Shown one piece after another: positions 51,039-61,815 of a stretch of DNA of 64,000 nt; the first letter of the stretch is position 1, and each line of letters begins with the position of its first letter. Below the pieces are notes generated by a model. It saw only the letters and a program-made list of their open reading frames with translations, was not told the DNA's origin and did not search any database. The stretch comes from Methanotrichaceae archaeon (GTDB lineage: Archaea; Halobacteriota; Methanosarcinia; Methanotrichales; Methanotrichaceae), in assembly GCA_963803145.1 (NCBI GenBank), contig CAWDLW010000008.1, positions 352,001 through 416,000 on the forward strand. The letters are read 5' to 3'. A program made the translations under genes and the position numbers.

Positions 51039-51671
51039 ATGATCGATCTGCATACTCACACCATATTCAGCGATGGCGAGCTGATCCCAAGCGAGCTTGT
51101 GCGCCGGGCCGAGGTAAAGGGCTATACCGTAATAGGCCTTACAGATCATGTAGATTTCACTAATATTGAGTACACACTTTCAAGCATCCTTAAGGCCAAA
51201 TATATGGAGGACTCAATTGACATCAAAATCATATGCGGAGTTGAGATCACCCACGTTCCTCCGGAAAAGATAGGAAATATTGCATCTCTTGCAAGAAGGC
51301 TCGGGGCTGAGATAATAGTTGTACATGGTGAGACGCCTGTTGAGCCCGTCATGCCGGGCACAAACAGGGCGGCAATCGAAGCGTGCGTCGATATCCTGGC
51401 CCATCCTGGATTTCTTACCATCGAAGAGGCTGAGCTCGCCCGAGAGAATAACGTATGCCTGGAGATCACATCTCGGCTTGGCCATAACATCACAAATGGC
51501 CATGTGGTGCGTATTGCGTTGGACGCGAGGGCAAAGATGGTTGTGGATACAGATGCGCACAGCCCAGATGATCTCATAAACTCTGAGCGCGCAGTGGAAA
51601 TCGCAATGGGAGCAGGACTGCCTTATGATCGGGCAAGGGATATAGTTAAAAATCATGCGATTGTGAAATAG
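51039..51671 (+). CDS. PHP-domain phosphoesterase
   Basis: DLHTHTIFSDG, TDH, GVEITH, VHGET, LAHPG, TDAH. Confidence 0.9.
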   Translation: MIDLHTHTIFSDGELIPSELVRRAEVKGYTVIGLTDHVDFTNIEYTLSSILKAKYMEDSIDIKIICGVEITHVPPEKIGNIASLARRLGAEIIVVHGETPVEPVMPGTNRAAIEACVDILAHPGFLTIEEAELARENNVCLEITSRLGHNITNGHVVRIALDARAKMVVDTDAHSPDDLINSERAVEIAMGAGLPYDRARDIVKNHAIVK

Positions 51672-51716
51672 GATCAGTTAGAAAAGTTTCGATTAGGGGT
51701 TGAATAGATAGACATA

Positions 51717-52457
51717 GTGGCAATTGATATATCAGGCAGGCACTCGGTCAACGGCAGATACCAGATGGTTTGTGCTGCAGTATCCCTAAGAGCCTCGCCT
51801 GAGTGCATTGAGAAGATCTATTCTGTAAGGCTGGTCCCCAGCGTAACTGGTTCCATTGATTTAAATACGATTATTGATCTGATCTCGACAGCTGTTCTTA
51901 ACCTGCCTGGAACCGTATTGGCAGAACCTGGGGATCTCTACAACCAGGATGCATGGAGGATCTGCAGCATTCTCGGCCGCGAGTTCAAGTATCCCGAGAC
52001 GCTCGCCGAGCGCACATCGATAGAATTAGCGCATTACATCTCAGTGGCGGGACGAAGGCTTATCACAGATGGGCGAGAAGATATCAATGATGGGCGAGAG
52101 GATATCAATGACGGGCGAGAGGATATCAATGACGGGCGAGAGGATATCAATGACGGGCGAGAGGATATCAATGACGGGCGAGAGGATATCAATGACGGGC
52201 GAGAGGATATCAATGACGGGCGAGAGGATATCAATGACGGGCGAGAGGATATCAATGACGGGCGAGAGGATATCAATGACGGGCGAGAGGATATCAATGA
52301 CGGGCGAGAGGATATCAATGACGGGCGAGAGGATATCAATGACGGGCGAGAGGATATCAATGACGGGCGAGAGGATATCAATGACGGGCGAGAGGATATC
52401 AATGACGGGCGAGAGGATATCAATGACGGGCGAGAGGATATCAATGATGGACAGTAG
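51717..52457 (+). CDS. DUF2209-like protein with a (DGREDIN)18 acidic tail
   Basis: AIDISGRH...YQMVCAAV, ER..IELAHYIS..GRRL; tail comes from the tandem repeat. Confidence 0.7.
   Translation: MAIDISGRHSVNGRYQMVCAAVSLRASPECIEKIYSVRLVPSVTGSIDLNTIIDLISTAVLNLPGTVLAEPGDLYNQDAWRICSILGREFKYPETLAERTSIELAHYISVAGRRLITDGREDINDGREDINDGREDINDGREDINDGREDINDGREDINDGREDINDGREDINDGREDINDGREDINDGREDINDGREDINDGREDINDGREDINDGREDINDGREDINDGREDINDGREDINDGQ
52068..52445 (+). repeat. Tandem repeat, 18 x 21 bp (GACGGGCGAGAGGATATCAAT)
   Basis: 378 bp; 16 identical units, first two slightly variant; no spacers. Confidence 0.97.
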
Positions 52458-53703
52458 TGATAGCAAAAAAACGGTTGGTCACGACACTGCAGTGCTGCTG
52501 CTGCGCGAGAGTCCAAACCAGACATCTGATCCATATAAGATGGAAGAGCTGAGGGGACTCGCAGACGCTGCAGGCTACAAAGTCCTGGCGGAGATAGTCC
52601 AAAGGAGAAGCCGCGATCATAGATTCCAAGTCGGAAAGGGAAAGATTTCAGATGCCTTGGCATATAACCCTGATAAGCTCATATTTTATAATCCCCTCAG
52701 CCCCATCCAGGTTTTCAATATCAGAAGTGAGTTCAAGGCTCAGGTCATTGATAGGTTCAACCTGATACTCGAGATATTTGCAACTCGAGCGTCTACGCGT
52801 GAGGCAAAGCTGCAGGTTGAGCTTGCAAAGCTGAGCTACGATGCACCACATGTTCGAAGCGCGCTATCATTGAAGAAGCTTGGCGAGCAGCCGGGTTTCA
52901 GAGGCGCAGGCGCATACGAAGAGTCAATGTACCACGACATTCGCGGTAGAATTGCAAAGATTAGGGCAACGCTGCAGAATGTAGAGGAGATGGGAGAGGA
53001 CAGAAGACAACGCAGACGTGAGCTGGGCTTCGATCTCGTAGCTTTAGCGGGCTATACAAATGCAGGCAAAAGCACTCTTCTAAATGCACTAACAAATGCT
53101 GATGTGGAAGCCAAAGATCAGCCATTCACCACTCTTTCTCCAACGACCCGTGCAGCCGAGATGAAGGGGAGGAAGGTGCTGCTGACGGATACCGTGGGCT
53201 TCATAGACGATCTTCCCCATTTTCTGATAAAGGCATTCAAATCCACGCTTTCGGAGATCTCTGAAGCGGATCTCGTGCTCCTGGTGGCAGATGCAAGCGA
53301 TCCTCCGGAGATACTGAGGCGGAAGCTGGTAGCATCCCACAAGGCCCTATGGGATTGCAGTGCCTCGGCGCCGATAATTACAGTTCTAAATAAGATCGAT
53401 CGGCTACGCCAAGACGAGGTTCAGGAAAGGCTTGAGATAATAAAGGATTTGGCGCCAGATCCTATACAAGCATCTGCCTATGCAGGTCAGGGACTGCCGG
53501 AGCTGATGGAGCATATCAATCATAGGCTTGCTCCGCTGAAGGAAATACAGATCAAGCTGCCATATACATCCCAAGGATTAAGTGAACTTTCCAAGCTTTA
53601 TGATGCCGCAGGACAGATCCAGGTCAGCTATGAGGATGAAGTGATAGTCCGATTAAAGGGACGAGAAGAAATAGTATCTAAGGAGAGAAAGTTCTGCGAT
53701 TGA
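52444..53703 (+). CDS. hflX: GTPase HflX (frame open upstream through the repeat to 52069)
   Basis: VIDRFNLILEIFATRA, EAKLQVELA, GYTNAGKS, FTTL, DTVGF, NKID. Confidence 0.93.
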   Translation: MMDSSDSKKTVGHDTAVLLLRESPNQTSDPYKMEELRGLADAAGYKVLAEIVQRRSRDHRFQVGKGKISDALAYNPDKLIFYNPLSPIQVFNIRSEFKAQVIDRFNLILEIFATRASTREAKLQVELAKLSYDAPHVRSALSLKKLGEQPGFRGAGAYEESMYHDIRGRIAKIRATLQNVEEMGEDRRQRRRELGFDLVALAGYTNAGKSTLLNALTNADVEAKDQPFTTLSPTTRAAEMKGRKVLLTDTVGFIDDLPHFLIKAFKSTLSEISEADLVLLVADASDPPEILRRKLVASHKALWDCSASAPIITVLNKIDRLRQDEVQERLEIIKDLAPDPIQASAYAGQGLPELMEHINHRLAPLKEIQIKLPYTSQGLSELSKLYDAAGQIQVSYEDEVIVRLKGREEIVSKERKFCD

Positions 53704-53734
53704 ATATTGCCGCAATTGCTAATCTGTTATCGCT

Positions 53735-54457
53735 ATGCCAGATATAATTCGAGAGCATTTTCAGCTTAAGCAAACGATAGTTACAATCTCAGCGCGTGAA
53801 GAGACCCACATTGAGGCTGCAAAGAAATCCATCATAGAGCAGCGGAGCTACCTCGAAGCCTTCATCCGCAAAGATCCGTTCTTCATGCTCACACTTGAGC
53901 ATTATGATCTTCAGGATGATGATGCACCTGATATTATCAGGCAGATGATCAATACAACCGAAATCTTCGGCATAGGCCCGATGGCTGCCGTCGCCGGCGT
54001 GATCGCTAAATTGGCTGTCGAGGCGATGATTAAGGCAGGCGCTACCTATGCGATCGTTGATAACGGCGGAGATATGTCAATACTGAATGATCAGCCTGTA
54101 ATAGTCGGAATATTTGCAGGCTCATCTCCTATCCGGGACTTAGCATTCGAGATCCCGCCGCGGGAGAAACCCTTGGGAATAGCCACAAGCAGCGGCACCG
54201 TTGGGCCATCGATAAGCTTTGGATGCGCTGATGCGGCTACTATCATCTCCCAGGATCCCGCATTGGCTGATGCAGCGGCAACTGCTCTGGGAAACGCAGT
54301 GCAGGCTGATAACAATTTGGACGAGTGCTTCAAGGCAATTGATAAGCCTGGAATTGATGGTGCGCTGATAATTCGGGGCGATGAGATGGCGATGTGGGGG
54401 GAGCTGCCGAAGCTGAGAAGGGCGAAGGTAGAGATTGAGAGGATAACGAAGGCTTAG
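53735..54457 (+). CDS. UPF0280 / ApbE-like protein
   Basis: GPMAAVAG, VDNGGD, TSSGTVGPSISFG.ADA, ADAAATALGN. Confidence 0.88.
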   Translation: MPDIIREHFQLKQTIVTISAREETHIEAAKKSIIEQRSYLEAFIRKDPFFMLTLEHYDLQDDDAPDIIRQMINTTEIFGIGPMAAVAGVIAKLAVEAMIKAGATYAIVDNGGDMSILNDQPVIVGIFAGSSPIRDLAFEIPPREKPLGIATSSGTVGPSISFGCADAATIISQDPALADAAATALGNAVQADNNLDECFKAIDKPGIDGALIIRGDEMAMWGELPKLRRAKVEIERITKA

Positions 54458-54613
54458 TTGAATGAAAGCAATCTCAAACGGCTTGAGTTTATGATTTTCA
54501 TTGTCAGGCATAGGGGAGATTTTAAACGTAGCTACGCAGGCCAAATGCCTTGGCTATGTATGGTGACAATCTTGCCCCTGTAGCTCTATCAAATGCGCCA
54601 GACTCGCCTTCTG

Positions 54614-54805
54614 CTATAGTCTCCTTAAAAGACCGCGTTTCCTGGCGTACTCATCCAGATCCTCCAGCTCATCCTTGTGCGCCTCGTAATACTCCCAAAT
54701 ATCATCAGCGCACTCGGTCTCCATGCCTTCCGAGATCACGCCTTTAAAATCTCGGTTGGTAAGTATTTCTTGCTTGGCTGGTTTGGCTTCAATTCTTCCC
54801 ATCAT
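54614..54805 (-). CDS. Small acidic protein, candidate antitoxin
   Basis: 63 aa with acidic C-half, 30 bp downstream of the RelE-like gene. Confidence 0.5.
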   Translation of the reverse strand: MMGRIEAKPAKQEILTNRDFKGVISEGMETECADDIWEYYEAHKDELEDLDEYARKRGLLRRL

Positions 54806-54834
54806 ACGTCTTTATGCCCTGCGGGTATATCCGC

Positions 54835-55110
54835 TTATCTATAGTCTGACTTTCTCTTTTTCATGAAGATATTGAAAATCACTACCATCTGTCCATCTAC
54901 AAAATACTCAATTCGAATTCTTCCAATTTTCAAGCGATAGGCTGGCGGCTTCTGTTTACCTGCTATTTTATCAATATTCATTCCAGGGCGTGGTCTATAA
55001 GGTTCTCTCTTAAGTTGCTCGATGTGGGCATAGATTTTTTGCGCCTTGTTTTTGTCCATCTTATCAAGCTCTTTTCGGGCCGGGCGCAGCATCTTCAGAG
55101 AAAACGACAT
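54835..55110 (-). CDS. RelE/ParE-family toxin
   Basis: ARKELDKM...KIYAHIEQL..PY, YRLKIGRIRIEY, basic, 91 aa. Confidence 0.8.
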   Translation of the reverse strand: MSFSLKMLRPARKELDKMDKNKAQKIYAHIEQLKREPYRPRPGMNIDKIAGKQKPPAYRLKIGRIRIEYFVDGQMVVIFNIFMKKRKSDYR

Positions 55111-55618
55111 GACGATCAACTTTTTCCAGGCATTATTTTGCAACTTGTTGATATATGACTTTATTCCAGGCGGGGCGATAGTGAAGCGCTGGTACTTGGT
55201 CAGAGCTATCTTTGATTTCTATTTGTTCTGCTACAACCAAACGAAATTAAACCACAAAGATACAAATGGCCTGGAGAGAATGTCGTGCGACGCAGGCGGC
55301 TCGAACGGATTAGCCGTGGTCAAAGGCCATATATATGTATACTGCCAAAGCATAGGCAATATGGAGTGGACACTGCCGCAGGCCTGGTGATAGTGGAGTT
55401 ATCAGGCGGCAGAGTTTTGAATAGATACCGCAGGAACTTATGCTATAGTTAGCTAATGCTCGCGAACGGACAGTACCTTCAATTGCAGCCAAGAATACGA
55501 GGAGGAAGTTTAATTTTCGCAAAGTATGTACTATGATTAGCGAGCTAACATATTAATGGTTCTGAATTATCTTTCTCTTTCGCAATTATTGGTTCCTGGT
55601 TTATTGTTAAGATTACAA

Positions 55619-55857
55619 CCCACATTCCGCACTTTCATTTCAAGCAAAAATAGTTTTTAAACTAATTTAAATTTGCACATTGAATCCTAATAACGAATTT
55701 AAGTAAACAACTTGAAAAATAGAAACTATTTCAGCCAGTTATCTCGGCACCTCTTTTTTGTGTGAAATAACGATTTGACCAGCAAATAGTAAATATTAAT
55801 TTGACCTAAGTTTCATGAAAATTATAGATTTTGAAAATCAATACTGCGGAATATGGG
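55619..55857. mobile_element. MITE, 239 bp
   Basis: TIR CCCACATTCCGCA / TGCGGAATATGGG; 6-bp TSD TTACAA. Confidence 0.85.
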
Positions 55858-55875
55858 TTACAAGATCTGACTTAA

Positions 55876-56023
55876 CCTAAACGCCGGGGTTATTATAACC
55901 AGGGTTCTACCGATAACGAAAAATTCTCTTGCCTAGTTATTAGAGTTATTACCATCAAATGGCTTAATCCAACTACTGCCATCATATTTGCTTGCATAGT
56001 TATTAAAGAGCCCGGAGTTTAGG
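55876..56023. mobile_element. MITE, 148 bp
   Basis: TIR CCTAAACGCCGGG / CCCGGAGTTTAGG; 6-bp TSD ACTTAA. Confidence 0.8.
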
Positions 56024-56222
56024 ACTTAATCAAATAGCACTTGAATCAAGATACCAGCTACGAAAACAGTGGAGGATATTATTATCATATCAAAAAATCG
56101 AAAAAATTATTAGAAGAAAACATGAATAACTTAAGTCGATAGATCTCAAAATTCGTTTTAATTCTCGGTATCGATTTAAACTTATTTATGCAGAAAAAAG
56201 AAAACCGAGCGATCTCATTTAG

Positions 56223-56459
56223 CCCACATTCCGCACCTTCAAATAGCACGAAAATAATTTTCAGGCTAAACAAGATTTACATATTACACTTAATATCCAA
56301 ATTTATTCAGCAAATAGGAAAATCAGAGTTTTTTGTGCAAGTCGTCTTAACTTATCTTTTTGCATGAAATAAGGATTTATGCTGCAAAACGTAAATGTTG
56401 TTCATACTAAGTTGTCATAAAAATTATAAATTTTGAAATTTAATACTGCGGAATGTGGG
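56223..56459. mobile_element. MITE, 237 bp, diverged relative of 55619-55857
   Basis: Perfect TIR CCCACATTCCGCA / TGCGGAATGTGGG; 5-bp TSD TTTAG. Confidence 0.85.
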
Positions 56460-56550
56460 TTTAGTATAAAAACAAAGAATATACTTAATTTATTAAAAAT
56501 GTCCTCAAAGATAAAACCTTTAAATACCAAATAATTGTTAAAAACCTTCC

Positions 56551-58261
56551 ATGGCTAGGAGGGATAAAGAAAAAAATTTGGTTCTTCTTAAATTTAGGTA
56601 TATACTACATTTTTATAGCGTGCATTTTCATTTTCCATATATGTTTAGGCGAAACCTGGGCAGGAGATAACTTTGTGCCTGATACACAAACTTTTCGAGA
56701 AAATACGTGGAGATTAGACGCGAATTGTGGGAATTCAGCTATTATATATAAACATGTAAAAGGCCCTGGCGAGATAAGATTTAAATGGAGAAAGAGTACG
56801 GCCTACGGTTCAGCGTTTGAATTTTCGATGTATATAGAGAATACTAATACCAAAATTATCTGCCCTTCATTTGATAAATGGAATGAGGGCTCAGCATAAC
56901 ATATCGGATGGTGGAACTCAGAAAGTAATATGGGAATATAAAAAAATTCCATCATCAGGGCGTTACTGTAGCATGGACTCCTTAGCATGGCTCAAGGATA
57001 TTGCAGCATCTAATAAATCTATTACTGAGATTGCGCCTGCGATTAATATTAGTTTGCCGCAAATAGGAATTTTGCCTACAAATATTGGTACGAAAGCTTC
57101 TAACTTCTCTACAGAAAATCCAATTACAATAAACTCATATAGCTTTCATATAAATATATCAAATACTATAATAAATATATCTAGCCCAATTGAGACACTT
57201 CCTGCTGGCAATATTGAGGCCTATAGTAAATTGAAAAATAATAGTCGATTAGTTATCAAGCCTATCTGGCCTAATGAAGGATCGATTTTGCCCGTTAATG
57301 TTCCGATAAAGTTTAACTTTTCTGTAACGCATATTGATAAAATTCCCATTTGTAAATTGTTTATAGATGATGCAGAAGTTGATCAAAAGAATAGATCTAG
57401 ATGCATAAACGTAAATAGTGATAACGAACTTGTATCTAAATTTAACGAGATTGGCATGCATAGCTGGAAAGTCGAGTGCTGTGACTGCCAAGATTTATGC
57501 AATTCTTCTAGTAAAGTATTCTTCTATATAAAGGCGAATCCCAAAAACAATACTACATATGTGAATAAAGATCTACCAGAGCCAAGTAGATTTGTGTATG
57601 CCTCAACAAAGTGAAGCAATTAATAATGTCAGTGAAGACAGCTACAGGTCAGGTCGAAAAAGGCATTTATAATGAACAAATAGAAATAAATAAACCATTA
57701 AGATTAAATGGGAGATATGGTTCAGTTATAGATCTAAATTATGGCGATGAAGGCGTAGCTATAAAATTAAATTCGGATGATGTCGAAATAGGAGGATTAA
57801 CAATCAATAACTGCGTTATTGCAATCCAAGCTGGAAGAACGGATGATAAAGGTAATAGGGCTTTGAAGGGCATTAATTTATATTATAATAATATATCAAA
57901 TTGTGCTATCGGGTTTAACATCATTAATTGTAATAATATTAACGTAAAAAATAATACAATTAATTATTGTAGAGAAATATCTCGCGGGGACAGTATTTGC
58001 ATGGCTGATGCTATATAACTAACGAGCTGCAGCAACTATAATATATCATTCAATACAATTAATAAATTGGTGCTTAGTGAACAAAAATCAAGGAGCTGTA
58101 TCCATTTAAAAAATTGTAGAATTGAAAATATATATAAAAATTGTTTCTATAATAGTAACTATGGAATAGGCTATACGGATGTCATAGACAGTTTCGACGA
58201 GCAAAAACTTCGGAAAGATAACTTCAATAATTCAATTATTAGTATGCTAGGCGGAATATAG
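56551..58261 (+). pseudogene. Fragmented AT-rich secreted protein gene (Ig-like plus NosD-like beta-helix)
   Basis: Overlapping or adjacent pieces 56551-, 56675-56899, 56871-57614, 57611-58018, 58067-58261; GIYNEQIEINKPLRL motif. Confidence 0.6.
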
Positions 58262-58264
58262 ATA

Positions 58265-59398
58265 ATGAATAGTAATTTTTATATATTAATTATTTTTTCA
58301 TTAATGATACCTCAATATTGCGCATTGGGGCAGGATTATCGGAGTAATGGAGATAATCACCAATGCTCATTGATATTTTCAGTAAAAAATAACACACCGG
58401 TGTTAAATAGGCCTATATTATTTAGAAATTCTAGTGCAATTATTTCTTTTGAATTAAGTATATTAGAGGGAGGTCGACGACATTATTCAGGTGAAATTGA
58501 TATAAATGGGCGGCTATCTAATTACCTATCGTTTGCAAACGAAGAAATTGGAATACAGCCGTACTATTTGCCTTATTCATCTTATTGCTATGTGGAAACT
58601 AGCTCAAATGGGTCATGGCACATCAATTGTTCAAATTTCAACCCAAATGATAAACTAAAATTTGACCGCTTAGTTTATATCAAAATCCCCAAATCTGAGA
58701 ATAGAACTTTAATTCATGATAAATGCGCATTCATCTCTAAATACTCATGGTTTTGGCAGGGGGACAGCAAACTAATGACTAATATAGATAATATAACTAT
58801 CGATAATAATTTTATATGGAATGCCGCAACAGATCCTACAGATGCCGAGATCTATATCGATAACGTCTCACGTGGTAAAACACCTAAAATATTATCATTT
58901 GCTTATGGAAATCGCCATATAAGAATAAATAAAAGTGGATTTGAGGATAGAAATATAGAATTGAGCGAAATAGAAAAGAATAATGGACCAATAAAATTGA
59001 AAAAACAATTATGCCTTTTAACATTTACAATTTCTCCAAAAGATGTAGATATAACCGTTGATGGTAACGATTTAAAAGCGAGAGAAACATATATTGAACA
59101 AGATAGCCCACATGAAATTGTTATTAGCAAAGAAGATTATGGAACGTATATTGCTAATGTTACAGCATATAATCAGACACAAAACATAAATGTTACCTTG
59201 CTAAAAGAACTAAAGATTAATTACGAAAAATATGGTCTAATCGCCGCAATTATTTTAATATTATTATGGATCCTTAAGGAATATCCTCGAAGTAATAATT
59301 CTAAAGGTTTAATCCCCGATTGGATGGATTTTTACTTCAGATTTTTAATGGCCGTTATTTTTTTAATTATTATTTTAATAATTAATAATTGGCCATAA
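58265..59398 (+). CDS. PEGA-domain surface protein with C-terminal TM helices
   Basis: Signal peptide; TDPTDAEIYIDNVSRGKTP...HIRINKSGF; second copy SPKDVDITVDG; two C-terminal hydrophobic helices. Confidence 0.8.
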   Translation: MNSNFYILIIFSLMIPQYCALGQDYRSNGDNHQCSLIFSVKNNTPVLNRPILFRNSSAIISFELSILEGGRRHYSGEIDINGRLSNYLSFANEEIGIQPYYLPYSSYCYVETSSNGSWHINCSNFNPNDKLKFDRLVYIKIPKSENRTLIHDKCAFISKYSWFWQGDSKLMTNIDNITIDNNFIWNAATDPTDAEIYIDNVSRGKTPKILSFAYGNRHIRINKSGFEDRNIELSEIEKNNGPIKLKKQLCLLTFTISPKDVDITVDGNDLKARETYIEQDSPHEIVISKEDYGTYIANVTAYNQTQNINVTLLKELKINYEKYGLIAAIILILLWILKEYPRSNNSKGLIPDWMDFYFRFLMAVIFLIIILIINNWP

Positions 59399-59503
59399 GA
59401 AAGTTTATTTTATCCAAATGCCCTGCTTCTAGCTGCTTAGGGAAACCACAGCAGCTATTGATTTATAATAAAATTAATAAATTTTTTTTATTTCTGTATA
59501 TAC

Positions 59504-59641
59504 CCTGAGCCCCCCATTTTTTAGGCATATAGTGTCATTACATAGCGATTCGTGATGGGTAATAGGCACTACGCTGGTTAAGTGAAAAAGAACATAAGCC
59601 TGTTATTCTGTTTTGTTTGCCTAAATGATGGGGAGCTCAGG
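59504..59641. mobile_element. MITE, 138 bp
   Basis: ~24-bp imperfect TIR (CCTGAGCCCCCC...TTTAGGCA / TGCCTAAA...GGGGAGCTCAGG); 6-bp TSD ATATAC. Confidence 0.8.
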
Positions 59642-59825
59642 ATATACTTCTTTATGAAAAAATTATAAATATTAATAATTATATTAAAATTCAGATAGTC
59701 TAATAATATGCATTTTAATATTATGTATTTTACAATATAAGAATATTGTTTCGAAAAATTAAAAACTGGCAGAATCGAAAGCTTGAACTATAATCATGCC
59801 TTTTTGGTGTACTAGGTGACCAGTA

Positions 59826-61697
59826 TTGCAATTACTCCTGATTCACTCAGATTATATTGAATTCGAGGCCAAGAGGCCGACGAAGTTCGCCGAAGAGATC
59901 GAGGAATCTGCCAAGAAGGGCAGGCTGGAGGAGGCGCTCTGCGCCTTCATAGCAGTCGAAAAGCCGGATGAGGGTGACATCGACGCCGTCGTCGCAGAAG
60001 GCGCAAAGCAGGTTGCAGATGTTGCAGAGCAGGTACACGCCAAGAAAGTTATGCTCTATCCTTACGCACACCTCAGCTCAAATCTGGCAACGCCCGACTC
60101 AGCAATCAAGATACTGAAGGGTATGCAGGAGGCGCTCTCTCAGAATTATGAGGTCGTTCGCGCGCCCTTCGGCTGGTACAAAGCCTTCACGCTGAGCTGC
60201 AAAGGCCATCCTCTATCAGAGCTTTCACGCTCAATCAAAACCGGCGAGGCTGGTGGAGAGGTTGTCTCAGAGGCCCTCAAGTCCGAGGCGAAGGCTGTCT
60301 CCTACTGGAAGATATTGGATACGAAAGGCCAGATGTTTGATCCTGATGCATTCGACTTCAAAGGCCATGACAACCTAGCCAAGTTCACTCACTACGAGAT
60401 AGCCAAGGCGAGGGCTGTTGATAAGGTTCCTCCACATGTTGATCTGATGAGGCGCCTTGAGCTTGTCGATTATGAGCCGGGCTCAGATCCGGGGAACATG
60501 AGATACTACCCCAAGGGCAGGCTGATAAAATCGCTTTTGGAGTCGTACGTCCTCGATAAGGCATCGGACATGGGCGCAATGGAGGTCGAGACCCCAATCA
60601 TGTACGATATGGAGCATCCGACGCTCAAGAAATACCTCGACCGCTTCCCTGCAAGACAGTACCAGATAGAGGCCGATAAGAAGAAGCTGTTCCTGCGGTT
60701 CGCCGCCTGCTTCGGCCAGTTCCTCATGGGCCACGACATGACAATATCCTACAAGTCGCTTCCGCTGAAGATGGTCGAGATCACCAGATACAGCTTCAGG
60801 CGAGAACAGAGGGGAGAGCTTGTTGGCATACGCCGCCTGCGTGCATTCACAATGCCGGACATGCACACCATGGCAAAGGATATGGGCCAGGCAATGGATG
60901 AGTTCAGAAAGCAGTATGAGATGTGCATCTCAGTCCTGAAGGATGTCGGCATAGATCTGGAAGATTATGAGGTCGCGATCAGGTTCACCAAGGACTTCTA
61001 TGCCGAAAACAAGGAGTTCATCGAGGGCCTTGTGGATATCGTCAAGAAGCCTGTTCTCATAGAGATGTGGGACGAGAGATTCTTCTACTTCGTCCTCAAG
61101 TTCGAGTTCAATTTCGTTGACACACTGGACAAAGCGAGCGCCCTTTCTACAGTTCAGATCGATGTTGAGAACGCAGAGCGTTATGATATCGCTTATGTGG
61201 ACGAAGCAGGCGAGAAGAAGCGGCCCATACTCCTGCACTGCTCGCCATCCGGCGCAATCGAGCGCGATATGTACGCCCTTCTGGAGAAGGCCGCACGAGA
61301 AGCAGAGTCTGGCAAGCTTCCCATGCTTAAGACCTGGCTCGCACCGACTCAGATCAGGATAATACCTGTGGCCGAGCGACATCAGGCACGCGCTCTGGAG
61401 GTCGCAAAAGACTTAGGCCTCCGCGCGGATATCGATGACCGGGACGAGACTGTCGGCAAAAAAATTAGAGATGCAGGCAGAGAATGGATACCCTACGTGG
61501 CAGTAATAGGCGATGATGAGCTTTCATCAAATCAGCTGACGGTTACAATTAGACAGGATTCAACGCCTAAGGCTCCCGCGAAGGCAAAAATGAGCGTTGA
61601 GGAGCTGAGAAGACGCATCCAGGAGGAGACTGCAGGAAAACCCTGGAGAAGGCAGCCGTTGCCCCTTAAGCTATCTGAGCGTCCGAAGTTCATTTAG
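59826..61697 (+). CDS. thrS: Threonine--tRNA ligase (archaeal type, with editing domain)
   Basis: [65 protein letters not shown]. Confidence 0.97.
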   Translation: MQLLLIHSDYIEFEAKRPTKFAEEIEESAKKGRLEEALCAFIAVEKPDEGDIDAVVAEGAKQVADVAEQVHAKKVMLYPYAHLSSNLATPDSAIKILKGMQEALSQNYEVVRAPFGWYKAFTLSCKGHPLSELSRSIKTGEAGGEVVSEALKSEAKAVSYWKILDTKGQMFDPDAFDFKGHDNLAKFTHYEIAKARAVDKVPPHVDLMRRLELVDYEPGSDPGNMRYYPKGRLIKSLLESYVLDKASDMGAMEVETPIMYDMEHPTLKKYLDRFPARQYQIEADKKKLFLRFAACFGQFLMGHDMTISYKSLPLKMVEITRYSFRREQRGELVGIRRLRAFTMPDMHTMAKDMGQAMDEFRKQYEMCISVLKDVGIDLEDYEVAIRFTKDFYAENKEFIEGLVDIVKKPVLIEMWDERFFYFVLKFEFNFVDTLDKASALSTVQIDVENAERYDIAYVDEAGEKKRPILLHCSPSGAIERDMYALLEKAAREAESGKLPMLKTWLAPTQIRIIPVAERHQARALEVAKDLGLRADIDDRDETVGKKIRDAGREWIPYVAVIGDDELSSNQLTVTIRQDSTPKAPAKAKMSVEELRRRIQEETAGKPWRRQPLPLKLSERPKFI

Positions 61698-61815
61698 CTG
61701 TCTAATTTAATTTTTTTATCTTACTTTCATCCTATTATTATGTCTTTTGGAATAGCACACATGGCTTTTAGAATGTCATTAGAGAAATAACTCAAACTCA
61801 GCCGGCTACAAAGGG

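Noticed and set aside
52068-52445. CRISPR array
   Set aside because: Units are contiguous with no unique spacers, and no cas genes are present; it is a tandem repeat.
52034-52663. Antisense ORFs (ISSRPSL)n and (DILSPVI)n
   Set aside because: By-products of a 21-bp repeat lacking stops, antisense to two real genes.
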